NCBI RefSeq assembly: GCF_009914755.1
Contig: NC_060927.1
Source of the DNA: the human T2T-CHM13v2.0 reference genome, Homo sapiens
Strand: one strand, 5' to 3'
Length of the DNA: 64,000 bases
This document shows positions 27,349 through 42,090 of this stretch, piece after piece. How positions within the stretch are numbered: the first letter of the stretch is position 1; every line of letters begins with the position of its first letter. The translations under genes and the position numbers were made by a program. The notes under the pieces are model-generated. The model ran no database searches, was not told the origin of the DNA, and saw nothing but the letters and a program-made list of their open reading frames with translations.

Positions 27349-27937
27349 AATAGTCACTCTTTTAGTCTCATCTCATTTACCCTTTTAGCTCAATACAGTT
27401 GACCATTCTTTCCTTGTTGGACTACTTCCTTCTCTTGGTTTTCCATAGTAATTCTAGACTCTGCTGGTTTTTCTCCAATTCCACAAGCCCCTCCCCAATC
27501 TTCTTTGCTAACTCCTCTTTTGATTTCCAAATGTTGGATGGCACTGCTGGGGATCAGCTCTAGGTTATGTGCAAGTCTCCCTCTATGCTCTCTGGGATCT
27601 TACTAAGACCAATGGCTGTGCCAAAGACTCTCCCAAATTGATACTTTCATACCAACCACTCCTCTGGTGCCAAACCCATATAGACAGCTGCTTCCTTGAC
27701 ATGTTGGATGTCTAAAAGGCATCAGAAACTTTACATGGTCAAACAAAATTCTTGATTCCTTCTCTCTCTCTTTCATAGAGAGAGATTTGCACATGGCCTG
27801 GAACTGATCTCCAGCAGTGCAGTCCAAAATCTAGAAGTCAAGTAAAGGAGGGGGAGTTAGCAAGGAAGACTGAGGACAGGCTTGTGGGATTAGAAAGAAA
27901 CCAGGAGAGTCTGTCTCTCTCCATCTCTCTCTCTCTC

Positions 27938-27940
<3 letters not shown>

Positions 27941-27992
<52 letters not shown>
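27941..27992. repeat. (CA)n microsatellite preceded by (TC)n
   Basis: Direct reading. Confidence 0.95.
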
Positions 27993-27994
<2 letters not shown>

Positions 27995-28730
27995 TTCCCT
28001 TCCAACCCAGGTTCTATTTCAGTTAATGCCACTAGTCCTAGTCCTAATCCCTTGTCCTGAAATCTGAAATCCTCTTTGCTTCCTTTAACTTCTTATTCCC
28101 TCACCTCCAAACCTGCAAACCAACAACAAATCCATTAGATTTTCCTTTGAACTACTTCTCAAATTCATTGACTTCTCATGCCCCTGCTACCACCCTGACC
28201 TCAGCCACACTGGCCTCTTGGCTCTACTGCTGCAATAGGCCTTAGTCAACCCCACTCTCCACTTCCCCTCCAATGCAATCCATTCTCCACACGCAGCCAG
28301 AATAACTTTCTTAGAATATAAATAGTATCATGTCACTCAGTTCTTCAGACCTTCCAATGGCTTCTTAAAATGATATCCAAATACCTTGCCACAGCCTACC
28401 AGAGCCTAGAGGAGACCTGCCGGTTTCTCCAATTCTGTCTTTCACCCTCTCCCCATTGTTCATCATGCTTTACCCACACTGTCTCTATCCCTATTCCTTA
28501 AACACACCAAGTCCTCTCCTGCCTTTGTACTTGATGTGTCTTCTGTCTGGATACTCTGCTCCCATATCTTCAAGACTGGCTTCTTATCATTTAGTTTCAG
28601 TTTAAGATTCATAGATTTTTTTTTTTTTTTATCATTTAGTTTCTTATTTAGTTTCAGTTTAAGATTCATAGATTATTTTTTCTTAATCTGAATTCATACT
28701 CCTCACTCTGAGTTGCTCCCCAAACAAGTT

Positions 28731-29076
<346 letters not shown>

Positions 29077-29333
29077 TAGGAACTTATCTTAGTCTTTCTC
29101 ATGTTAATTGGTGCATTGCTGGTTTGCCCATCAGAAGGAAGGCTCTCTGAGGGCAGGAACCTCACTGATCTGGCCCCCGTTAATGTCTCAACACCTAGAG
29201 CAGAGCATGGCATAGGACAGGGCCTCAGAGCATCAATTAGTAAAAGAATAAATCTCTAATGACTGTAAACTCAAATTAGAGAGGGATATAAGAAGGTCTG
29301 GGGGAGAAAAAATGTTAGAAGAAAAATAAGTTT

Positions 29334-29688
<355 letters not shown>

Positions 29689-30539
29689 TCAGCTTGCCAA
29701 ATTTGTGAGACTTTGGCTTTAGGGTATATGAAAGAACACACATGGTAATGCTTTCCTGAAGAGAAGTTTTGTCACTTTGGCCAGCATTTGCTCCTTAAAT
29801 AGCTACTCATAGATCCTTACTGAGACAAGGGCTACTGGCAAGCCTCCTCCTGCACTGGTGATTTGCCTACAGGTGCCTGGTAGACACAGGCAGGGCTTGG
29901 GACATTGGAGTGGAAACTTGCCACTTTCACATCTGAGAAAGGAGTCACTTGTTTCTAATTATTCTTTGTCAGTGACACCTTCCATTTGTATAAAGTTTTT
30001 GGTGCCACCAAGTGAAGTGTAGATTTACATAAAGTCATCTTTAAAAAAAAAAATACAGAGATGTGGATACAGGGTACGGTTTAAGAGGAAGTGTTGACCC
30101 AAGTCTGTGGTTAATGGCTTATAGATCTCAGTACTTGAATCAAAAAAGATCTCTCCATTGGAGGGTTTACAACACTGAAATCATGGGTGGAATAGGAAAT
30201 ACCCATCTGGTTTGGAGGCAGGGAATCATATAATCCTCCTCAATAGCAATCACTTGTGGAATATCTGAAAGATGATGAGATTCTTAAGCACATTTATAAT
30301 AGATTTTAAAAACTGGCTATAACCATTATATTTCACATACCTTGAATGACAAATATTAACTATGTGACATCTGGAAAGTAACTCAAACCTCAAACTTTTT
30401 ATATCTCTGTTTGTCTATAGAATGAGGCAAGTAATATTGCTTAGCGAAAATATTTCTACCCCTAGTTAGAATGTGGAAAGTCTTAAGAGACCACTACTAC
30501 CCTAATAGGCCAAGAAAAATTATCAGACCAAAATGCATA

Positions 30540-30960
30540 GAAAAAAAGTTTTTAAAAATGCTATAAAACAATATCAAATGGTCTAACATACATGTAATTG
30601 GAGTCTCAGAAGGTATAAGAAGAACAAATGGAGCCAAATAAACATTTAAAGAGCTAAAGGCTGAGAATCTTCCAAAAGTAATATGAGACATCAAGCCACA
30701 TACAAAAAGCTCAATGTACCCGCCAAAAGAATGTAAAAACAAAATTCCACCTAAGCCCTTCACAGTCAACTGCTGGAAACCAAAGATAGAGAAAATCTTG
30801 TAAGCAGCCAGAGACAAAAGACAGATTACATACAGAGGAAAAGGGGAAGAGAAGACTAACTATAGGCTTTTCATCAGAAAAACTGAAGGCCAGAAGATAA
30901 TGAATTGGCAACTTCAAAGTGGCAAAAGGAAAATGACTATCTTAGAACTGTGTACCCAGT
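30540..30960 (+). mobile_element. Old L1M ORF1-region relic
   Basis: GTCTAACATACATGTAATTGGAGTC, AAAATCTTGTAAGCAGCCAGAG and TCATCAGAAA...GGCCAGAAG; stops and frameshifts. Confidence 0.75.
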
Positions 30961-31616
30961 TTGGCTCCCAGACTTCACCATTAGCTAATAAGGGGTGATA
31001 CTTTTATTGTGTACTCAATGCCAGGATTGCAAGATCCTGAATGAGCTTTTGCTATGCATAACCAAAGCTCAGTCAGATATTCACCTGGATCAAGGGCCCA
31101 CCCCCTCCTTCAGCAGCATTAAGCTCAGTAGAACTCCCAAAAGGAACATCTTCCATGCACCACCATGGCTCTTAGCCTTGGGTGTCATTAGAATCACTTT
31201 GCACCTCAAGCCCCACACTTTGACGTCCTGATTTAAGTGTTCTGGGTTGGAGTCTTGGCTTTTTTTTTTTTTTAATTTACCAAGATGATTCTAGTGAGCA
31301 GCTAGGATTGTGCCCTGTTGTTTAAATAGAATTATTTCTCCTTTTAAGGCAGATATGATTTTAAATTCCAACAATGTTTTTTAGGTTAAAGCTTACATAA
31401 GAGTTTCCCAATTGTTTTAAAAAGGGACAGCCAGAACTTTCTTTGGCAAGGTTACCATATAACTGACTTGCTCTCAAACTTGGATACACTTTGATATCTG
31501 CTGGATAGTTTTACAATATACTGACACATGAATCTCCAGAGATTCTGGTTTCCTCGGTATGGGTTACAGCCTGGGCATCTGAATTTTTATAAACTCTGCT
31601 TTTCTAAACTCTTGAG

Positions 31617-31939
<323 letters not shown>

Positions 31940-32899
31940 TAGGAAGTTTAAGTTCCTGGTGAGAGGTTATTCAGGCCAACAAGAGATTATCCTGGAAAAC
32001 AAGAACAGATAAAATCAGATGAACTCTCTGGCCTCTGGACTGCTGACAACACCTCCACGTTTTTTCAGCCACTACATTCTTTCCTCCAAAGGGCATCCTT
32101 GGTCAGCCTGCAGCCCACTGCATGCCAGTATCTAGCTGGCTGCCTGCTTCATGCCAAGAGCCACTCCTTACAGAGACTTCACATGAATTTCCCTCCTCTT
32201 TAATGTCCAGCCATGTAATAGAAACCCCCTTACATCAAACTTGAAGGTACTGTCAGGAAACAAATGACTGCTGCTGTTTGGGTGTGTTGGAGGCAGCCAG
32301 ACCCAGGCCCATCAGGGAACTGCGGATTCCTGAGCATTACTACAAGGCTGTCAGGCTCCTCAGCACTGTCACCCAGTCGCAATGGTCAGAAAAACGGCCT
32401 CCTGATCACTGAGCTGTGCTATTCCCTCTCTCCTGTCCTCTGATGATTGGTGGGGAGAGTGTATCTCAGAGCCATAAATCTGTGTGTCTTCAGCATGAAT
32501 GTTTCCTCCTTTGATTACACCACCTCCTTACCAGGATCATACCATTTAGTCATGAGGAGGATTTAGTTGCTGTATAATTCAAATGCCATTCCCACTGATT
32601 TCAATAAATCCAGTTTCTGGTCTCTGATATTGTTGCTCCTGGGGCTGATGGTACATCCACAATTTTCTTCACCTATATTTTTTCTTCAGTGCCTATTTTT
32701 TTCTCCTTTATTAAGCTTCCGAGTATCTCAAAGAGTGCTCCAAAAACCATATATTTGCATCACCTAGGGGGTCTGCAAAAATCTCAGATTTCTAGGTCTA
32801 CCACAAACCCACTGATTCATGCCTAAAATGAAGCAGATATTGATATTCGTAACAAATAGCCCAGGTCATTGTAAAGATTGAAAATCACTGATCTGAGGC

Positions 32900-33120
32900 A
32901 GTGTCATGTGTCTGAGAGACCAAGCACCCTGGATCCTAATTCCCACTCTGCAGTTTCCTGGTTGAATAACTTTGTGCAAGCTCTCTGGGTCTCAGTCGCC
33001 TCCTCTGTAAAATGGAGCCGGTATCTTATATTCCTTATAGAATTGTTGTGATGATTAAATGGGGTAATACACATGACATGTTTAGAAGAGTGCCAAGCAC
33101 ATAGTATGAGGTCATCATTA
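32900..33120 (+). mobile_element. MIR
   Basis: CTCAGTCGCCTCCTCTGTAAAATGG...GTTGTGATGATTAAATG...GCACATAGTA. Confidence 0.7.
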
Positions 33121-33484
33121 TCCATCCATTCAGTAAGTGAAGGTTAACCACATGAAACATCAAAAAATAAAGGCAGAAGATTTTTTTAAAATGCTAAAAG
33201 TGTAGCACAGAAATATAAACATTAAAGTGCTGCAGAAGTTAAGACACTGCTAATGCTTCAGAGAGAAGGTGAGCTGTAGACTCAGGTTGGGATAGAAATA
33301 AGCTTCACCATTCACTCACTGGGAAAAATTTAGTTCACTCATTCAGAGATCGTGGTCAATAATAATACCTTGCTGGTTTATTAAAGTATTTTTTCTTCTA
33401 AAGTTAATATTTTACTAAATTAAGAAATAATCTCATATATACATAGCTGTAAGTGGGAAAAAGTGAATGCAATCACTACTTGCA

Positions 33485-35335
33485 TTTTTGTTTCAAGAAA
33501 AATACGTTTACAGAAAAATTGAGCAGAGTACAGGGTTCCCATAAATGTCCTCTCCCCTTCCCCTGCACACAGTTTCCCCTATTATTAATATCTTGTATTT
33601 AGTGTGTTACAATGCATAAACCAATATTAAAACATTGTTATTAACTAAAGCCCATAGTTTACATGAGGGTTCACTCTGTGTTGTTCATTATATGGGTTTT
33701 GGCAAATGCATGATGTCACGTATACACTGTTACAGTATCATACAAAATAGTTTCACTGTCCTAAAAATCCTCTGTGGTTTATCTATTCAACCCTCTTCCC
33801 TCCCCTGGAACCCCTGGCAACCACTGATCTTTTACTGTCTCTATAGGTCTACTTGTTACAGAATATCATACCGTTGGAATCATGCACTATTTAAACTTTT
33901 AGGACTGGCTTCTTTTCTATAGTAATATGCATGTAAGGTTTCTCCATGTCTTTTCATAGCTTGATAACTCAGTTCTTTTTATCACTGAGTAATATTTCAT
34001 TGTGTGGATGTACCATAGTTTGTTTATCCATTCACCTATTGAGGGACATCTCAGTTGCTTCCAGTTCTTAGCATTTATGGTAAAGCTGCTATAAACATTT
34101 GTGTGAAGGTTTTTGTGTGGACATAACTTTTCATCTCATTTGGGTGAATACTAATAAGTGTGATTGCTGAATCACATGGTAAGACTACATTTGTCTTTGC
34201 AGGAAACTTCCCAACTGTCTTCCACTGTGGCTGCACCATCCTGTATTCCCAACAGGAATGAACATTAAATTCCTATTCTACATCCTTGCCAACATTTGAG
34301 GTTATCAATATTTTATATTTTCACCATTTAATAGGTGTGTGGTGGTATCTTTGTTGTTTTAATTTGCAATTTCCTAATGACAACAGATGTTGAGCATCTT
34401 TTCATATCCTTATTTGCTATCTGCATATGATATTTGGTAAAGAGTCTATTTAAATGTTTTTGCCCACTTTTTAATTGGGTAGCTTATTTTCTTATTGTGG
34501 AGTTTTAAGAGTTCTTTATCTGTTATACATTTTGACACAAGTCTTTTATCAGGTATATATTTTGCAAATATTTCCTCCTAGTCTGTTGCTTGTCTTTTCA
34601 TTCTTTTAACTGTGTTTTTCAGAAAGCAGAAATTTTTAATTTTAATGAAGTGCAACTTATTTTTTTCATGGATCATGCTTTGGGTGTTGTGTCTAAAAAC
34701 TTAACCATCAACCCAAGGTCACCTAGATGATTTACCATGTTATCTTCTATAAGTGATATAGTTTTACATTTTACATTTAGATCTATTCAAAGTTAATTTT
34801 TGTGAAAAGGATAAGATCTATCTAGATTCTCTCTCTCTCTCTCTCTCTTTTTTTTTTTTTTTTTTTGCATGTAGAGATTTAGTTTTTCAACACCATTCAT
34901 TGGAAAGGCAATTCCTTCTTCATTAAATTGCCTTTGCTACTTTCTCAAACAGCAGTTGACTATATTAGTGTGTGTATCTATTTCTGGGCTCTCCACTCTG
35001 TTCCATTGAACTATGAGTCTGCCCTTTCACCAATACTACACTGTCTTGATCACTGTAGCTTTACAGTAAGCCTTGAAGTCATGTGGTGTCAGTCCGTCAA
35101 GTTTGTTCTTCTTCAGTACTATATTAGTTGTTTGGAATTTTCTCCTTTTCCATATTTTAGAATCAGTTTGTTCATGACCACAAAATAACCTTCTGGGATT
35201 TTGATTAGGATTGCACTGAATCTATATATAAAATTGGGAATAACTGACATTTTAAAAATATTGAGTCTTCTAATGAACATGGACTATCTCTCCATTTATT
35301 TTGATATTTTAAAGATTTCTTGCATCAATACATGC
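33485..35335 (-). mobile_element. L1MC1/L1MC2-like 3' portion (~1.85 kb)
   Basis: TTACAGAAAAATTGAGCAG, CCCCTGGCAACCACTGATC, GTTTATCCATTCACCTATTGA and ORF2 antisense TTGATTAGGATTGCACTGAATCT. Confidence 0.85.
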
Positions 35336-38034
35336 TTTTATCAAAAGGTCTTCTTTTGCTTTTTCTTTACTGAACATCTATTTCTCCTTCTCCCTTCTAG
35401 CCTTGTCTATCTCCCTCAAGGCCATGTTGATAATCTAGTGTATGTATTTTTTTTCTTTTTCTCTGTACCCAAATACTTCTATATTGATATATATGTATAT
35501 ATATGTTTGTAAGTATATGTCTGTGTGTGTGTATCTGTGTCTCTGTTTCTGGCTCTCTGTACACACACACAAACACATACACTCATGGCTGATGTTTTAA
35601 AATCATTGTCAGTTTATGAAAACAAAATTGTGTTACATATATTTTTCTGCATCTTGCCTGTTTTATTCCACAATCTCATATAAATCCCTCAAAGAGATTT
35701 AGCTTAGCCTTTGCCTTCTAAAAAAGTGAATATGTAATATCCAGTGGTGTTGTGGGTCGCTATTATTTATTTGTTAATTCCCTATTTAGTCATCCACTTT
35801 ATGTTCCACTTTTTTCTCCCCACAAATATCACTGTAGTGTACCTTCTTATAAATATGCTTTTACATGTTGGTGGTGTATTTCTAGGAGTAGATTCCCAGG
35901 AATACAATTTCAGGGTCCGAGGGGTATGTAATTTTTATTTTATAGGCATTACAAGACTGCATGTTCAGAAAATATGCTAATACTCATTTTCGTATCATGA
36001 AAACTTGGGTGGAAAAATTTATCCATGTTCCCACTATGAAGTACTGTTATCACTCTTTTAGTAATTTTCTCACTTTAATGGGTATGAAGGAATATCTCTG
36101 TGTTACTTTTGTTTTTTAATTTACCTGGCTACTGGTTGAATTTGAGCATATTATTTTATATTTATCAGCCATTTTTATATCTTTTATTTATGCATATATT
36201 TATGACTTTATTCTAACTGTTCTTTGTTGTCAATTTTATAAGAGCTCTTTGTATATTATAGATGCTACCCATTGAATGCCATCTTCATTACAGTTATTTT
36301 TTTTCCAGATTTTTAAAATTGACTTTGTTTATGGACCACCTCATTCTTGGTTTAGTTTCTACCATAAAGCATCAAGCATTGGCTAAAATGTATAGGGACT
36401 ACTTTAAAAGAATCATAGGCAAAAGAATGGCTGGACAACTCACCCTCAGAAGGCTGCAGGATGGTGAGAAACTTACAGGGAAACCAATATCATTCCACCT
36501 GAGAAGAGAATATTGGGCAGGTGGTTAAGAGGGAGACAGAAAGCTACGTTAAATCTCTGAATATCTGTCACATGGAAGAAGAATTATATTAAGTATAAAT
36601 GGTCACAAGTGATAGAAATACATCAAAGAAGCATTGTAGTCAGGCAGAAGTAGGACTGACCTAAGGAAGAAATGTCCTAGTGGTGATAGCTGCCCTAGAA
36701 TTAAATGGTTTCTTATGATTTATAGGGTTCCATTAAGTTTCTGAAGATGACCAACATGAGGACAGAGGACACCTATTATGGACAGATTTCAATCATTCAA
36801 GAAAACTAATACGGACAGATGAGGTGTTTCAAAGAAAATAGAGTTTAATACAAATAATTCACTGATCACAAAATTGTTAAAAGGGGTGGATAAGTTAAAG
36901 GCAGGAAGTAGGCACTAGATTTCAGCTTCACTGCTACAGTCATAGTCTCACAAGCCAAAGAAATGTGCTGTCACCCAGAGGACAATAACACATTGGACTC
37001 CACTGCTTCTTGGCAGCCCTGAGTCAGGTGAATATCAGGAAAGCTCAGAAGCCAAACAAATTGCTTATACGCAAAGCCCCATAAAATCATCTGCTGCCAC
37101 TGCTATGGGAAGAAGAAAATGGCTTCCACCTCTACTCCACCCTCATGTAAAGTACATCTAATAATTAGGACATAAATTATATCCATAGGGATGAAAACAA
37201 GAGATTCTGGGAACTACAGTTCACAGACATCTAGCCCCTGAAGTATGGGAGAGAGTTAGAAGGACAGGGAATGCTGATTGTCAGACAATGTCTGATGCAG
37301 GGTTTAAGTATCAGTTTGGGGGGACTGATGAAGGGGTGTACTTGGCCTTAAGCTACATGGCCCTGCTTAAAATATAAAGAAGTGTGATTCCATAGCACTC
37401 TGCTCATCCCTTCTTTCTCAAATTGGTTTTAAAAGGTTTTTTGGTAATAACCATCATGACACCCCTGAGTCTTCTCTACTTTATCCTTGGAGAGCATGAG
37501 CAGCATTGCCTCTCTAAATACAATGGCAACCCACCCACTCTGTTGCTTTTATAGATTCTGTGCAAACTGTACTTAAATAGATGTCATTTCACAGAAGCTG
37601 ATCATTTTTGTGACTGCTAAAAACACAAGCAAATTATTCAATTCAATCTACATGTACTAAGGAGCACTTTCTATGAACTGTTATTTTTAAAACCCAAGGG
37701 GTTCACAGGACCACTGCTGTTGTAGGAACAACCATGTACTGCAATAATTCTCCTACCCACCCCAGAATGACCACAGTGGCCTCTGGGCAGCAGGGAAATG
37801 AGGAACATAGATTTGCTTACTTGGGTTAATTACATCATGATAGGTGTGTAGGTTTCCTACTTCCACCCAATTTATGCACCAAGTTTCAGGACCAATTCTA
37901 TTATACAAGGTCACATAATGAAAGTTAAGAAATTAATTTTACTGAGGAATGAGAAAATTCACAAGGGCAAGGTCAGCAATATAGAAATGCATGTTGTACT
38001 TTAGTCTTTCATTTTCCCACTGAAAGGCAGGCCA

Positions 38035-38505
38035 GAGCCAGTGAGGCAGGTGTGGAGATGTGTCCCTCAGACCTCACCTCAAGGGAGACCTGCCATAAAG
38101 AGTACAGCTAGTGATGGGTTTCTCTTTGGAGGCCTCTGAGTTCTACCACAGTAAGGTCGTGCTCTTCCTGAACAGCTCCCAACCAATGAATGAGCATCAT
38201 ATTGGTACTAGGTCCTGGCCATTTTTGCCCAATGTAGAAATCCTATATGAGCTGGCTCTCTCCATTGGACTGGCAAAAACTATCCCAGAACTACGTCAGA
38301 GCCCAAGGTTCTTCCTCCCAAATCTGCCTTCCTTTTCTCTTGACATAGGTCTTAGATCCACACTGTGGTCTGAAGTCTTTTCCTGCTTCCCCTGATTACT
38401 CTCCCCTTATCTTTCACAGACATTACCACCAGTAAATTTCTTGCACTTGTAACTGGATTTTGTTTATGCTTTCTAGATGAGATCATCTAGATCTCATCCA
38501 GATGA
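38035..38505 (+). mobile_element. LTR16B-like (ERVL) solo LTR
   Basis: CCAACCAATGA...GGTACTAGGTCCTGGCCATTT...TTTCACAGAC...GTAAATTTCTTGCAC. Confidence 0.6.
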
Positions 38506-39036
38506 ATACAGCCATGGCATCTGCTAGACATAATGTGGATTTTATTCCAGAGGAAGTAGCCTTTCCCCCTTATTTAGCTTTCCCTTTTTACCTTGTTATA
38601 GTAAGGGTAAAGGAAATAAAGAAATATCATCTGCCAAGAAGTCTGGGTTTGGGATGCCAGCTGTTTATAAGAGTTGTCTGAGAAAACCAGCTGCTCTGAT
38701 TCTGGGGAAAAATTGGCTATTGAGATGATAACAGATTCTGCTTCTATAGGAAGTTGATCATGAATGTAACCTCTTCCACTGGGAGAATGGGGATCCTGAT
38801 TCCAGGTGGCCCATTGTCCAGATAAGCCAGGGTAGCCCCCAGGGTTATCTAGAAACAGTTCTTCTCATTATACAATGCACAAACAGCAGTGTTCATTTTT
38901 TTCATACACCATAGTGACTATTCAGAGGAGAAGCTCATTAGGTAACCTGGATTCTATAACTCTCAATCTCTAATCCAGACCAGGCATATACATGCATTCT
39001 CTACTCTTTAAATTTTCTATTTAAAATATTGTCCCA

Positions 39037-39885
39037 TTTTTCAAAAGAAGACAAACAAATGGCCAACAGGTATATGAAATAATGCTCAACATCACTAATC
39101 ATCAGATAACTGCTAATCAAAACCACAAAGAGATATTATCTTACCCCAGTAAGAATGGCTATTACTAAAAAGACAAAAAACAACATGTTGGTGAGGATGC
39201 AGAGAAAAGGAAACTCTTACACATTTGTTTTGGGAATGTAAATTAGTACAGCCTCTATGGAAAACAGTATGGAGATTTCTTAAAGAACTAAGAACAAAAC
39301 TGCCATTTGATCCCACTAGTGGGTATATACTGAAAGTAAAATAAATCAGTATATCAAAAAGATGCCTGCACTTATACATTTATTGCAGCAGTATTCACAA
39401 TAGCAATGATAAAGAATCAACCTGTGTTCATCAATGGATGACTGGATAAACAAAACAAAAACATGGCATATGTATATATATATATACAATGAAATTCTAT
39501 TCAGACATAAAAAATAATGAAACTATGTCTTTTGCAGCAATAGGGATGGAACTGGAGGTCAATTATCATAGGGATGGAACTGGAGGTCATTATCTTAAGT
39601 GAAACAACCCAGACACAGAAAGGAAAATATCATATGTTCTCACTCATAAGTTAGTGCTAAAAATGTGTTTGCATGGATGTAGTGAGTGCAATGATGGACA
39701 ATGGAGACTCAGAAGAGTGAGAGCTCAGAGAGGGGAGGATGATGAGAAATTGGTTAATGGGTACAACGTATGCTTTTGGGTGATGGATACCCTAAAAGCC
39801 CTGACTTGACTTCTACACAGTCTGTGCATGTAACAAAATTGAACATTTACCCCATAAAGTACAAATAAGAAGTAAAAATGATTTT
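39037..39885 (+). mobile_element. L1PB4-like 5'-truncated L1
   Basis: ORF2 end plus 3'UTR GGTGATGGATACCCTAAAAGCCCTGACT; degenerate TSD AAAATATTGTCCCA / AAAAAATAGTCCCA. Confidence 0.85.
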
Positions 39886-41069
39886 AAAAAATAGTCCCAG
39901 TTGAAGAGATATACACTGTTACTCGGGCAACACTTTCTGTGCTTCAACTCAGAAACCCAGTTTTGCTGACAAATCAGCAAGAAAAGGTTAGGTTTTACAG
40001 GGATTTATTTTCCCCCATTTCCCTTCCAACATGCCACTTCAACACCTTTCTACCCTTAACACCATACAACCATCCTTCTTCCTTCCTTCTCACTTCATTA
40101 GGTACACCCCCTAATTCCAGGAAGAAAGAATTAGCCCAATTCCTTGTTTTGGACAGTTGATTTATGCCAAAGGAGCAAAGTGGCATTCACATATACCCAT
40201 AGCTCTTTGTCTTAGGAAGGAGAGTGAATAAATTGAAACAGAAAAAAGATAAATTGTACTAACCAAAGTTATAGCAGCTATTGTAGCAGGAGAATCTATT
40301 ACTTGGGTATCTGACTTGGACGACATTACCTGCAAGTCCACCTCTGCCCTTACCCCAAAGTCTAAGCACAATGCTGAAAACATAAGACAGACAGAAACAT
40401 GGCAGCCTTTCTGATGGAAGTCAAAGGGATAGGATATAAGGTCCAATCTGGCGCATAAGGCATAGAATGTGGCCAGAGATTTATTTGGTCCAACACTTCT
40501 GCTTGTAGATGAGGAAACTGAGGTGCAATAACTTAAGATAGTATAACTAGTTGTGCTCTATCAGAAATAGTACCTGGGTCTCCAGACCTTTAAGCCAATG
40601 CTCTTTCCTGAATGCCTTATTCCTTCACGGCCATTTAACATTTTTTTGACTCACTTTCTCCAAGCCCTTTTGTGTAGCCCTGACCACAGAAAAATCTAAA
40701 TGAGGTGGCCCTTATTTTCCCTTTACTCCCAACAAATGTATGACACAGAAAGTAGGTACAATATGAATTATCAAAGAGTACTATGATCGGTCTGTGGCCT
40801 ATTCCTTTTATTTTTACCATATAACTTACCGTCTTCTGTCTCACAGTCCCACTATTATCCACATGTGTTGCTTTCTTCAGAGATGGTAGAGGCAAGATTT
40901 ATAAAGTTGATGAGGAGCATTGAAATCTTCAGTTTCAATAAGCAATAATTGGTAGTGACACGCAAGTACTTCTTTTGTGCATTGACTCAATTTCTCTACA
41001 GCTCTTATATGTGGTAATTTGCATTATCAGCACAAACATTTGACCCCTTCCAGAATCCACACCCTTTTT

Positions 41070-41671
41070 GTGGGTGGCAGCTTTGCTTTGTCAGCTTAAA
41101 CTGGAACTACATTTCCAAAAATGTCCTTCTCTATCTGGTTCTGGATGAAGTTTGCCACAAGAAAAATTTCATGGAGTTTTGGAATAGGGAAGTAAAATAG
41201 CCATTTCCCACACTCTGAAGGTGGGTGTGGGGCATGCACTGCTGCAGCTCACCCACATTCCCACTAACTTGCTGTCTCCTCTTGTTGACATGGCCAGCCC
41301 CACAGGTCTTCCAGTTCCTGTTGGAAATCCTCCTTCACCTTCTGTAGCTCCTGAGCCAGGTCTATGTGCAGCTCACCACACACACCAAGGGCACCAACTT
41401 CTCCTGCAAGTCACTCATGTCTTCAGATTTGAGGACAGTTAGAGACTAATATGGATCCCAGTCGTTTGTTCTAACTACATTATGTCTAACTTTCTTCTCC
41501 AACTGCTGGCCCTGATTACCTCGGGTCCAACATCAGATATAGAGGCAACAGCCTTACATGGGCTTCTTAACTAGCTCCCACAATTGCATAAATTTTAATC
41601 CCTGTAATAAATCCCTTATGCTATATCACTCACTATTGTTCTGGTTTTCTAATCACACTCTAAATGATACA
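41070..41671 (+). mobile_element. ERVL-class solo LTR (MLT2E/F-like; subfamily uncertain)
   Basis: TG start, GGAACTACATTTCC, and AATAAATCCCTT...GATACA end. Confidence 0.55.
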
Positions 41672-42090
41672 CTGTTGACTTCACAGTTACCCCTGCCACC
41701 TCTGGTAAGGTAAACCTCCTCAACTCTTGACTCTGTGTTTGACCAGATAACTTGCTTTGCTATGACACAAGCAGGGACTTGCCCAGCGGAGCCTTCTCCT
41801 CTTGCAGCTCTGTCATCTCCATAAGAGCATTCTGTGGTCACTCCTAGTCCCAGGAGGGAGAGGAAATTCATGTGGTGCAAAGCCATCCCAGCCACCACAG
41901 TCAGCAAAACTGCCTCAGCCAACCCTAGAGCCACAATGCAAAGTAGAACTGTCAAATCCAGCCCAGCCTAGATCAACCAAACATCAGCTATCCTGCAGAT
42001 GCAGAAGTAATAATAATCACTTTTGTTTTTTCAAGCCATTGAGTTTCAAGGTGCTTTGTTTTGTAGCAATTACTAACCAACATGCTGCTA
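41672..42090 (+). mobile_element. MLT1H/J-like MaLR LTR
   Basis: AGCCCAGCCTAGATCA...TTCAAGCCATTGAGTTT...TTTGTAGCAAT. Confidence 0.55.

Noticed and set aside
36800-37300. Probable very old ERVL/MaLR LTR fragment
   Set aside because: Too diverged for me to assign a family or boundaries by eye.
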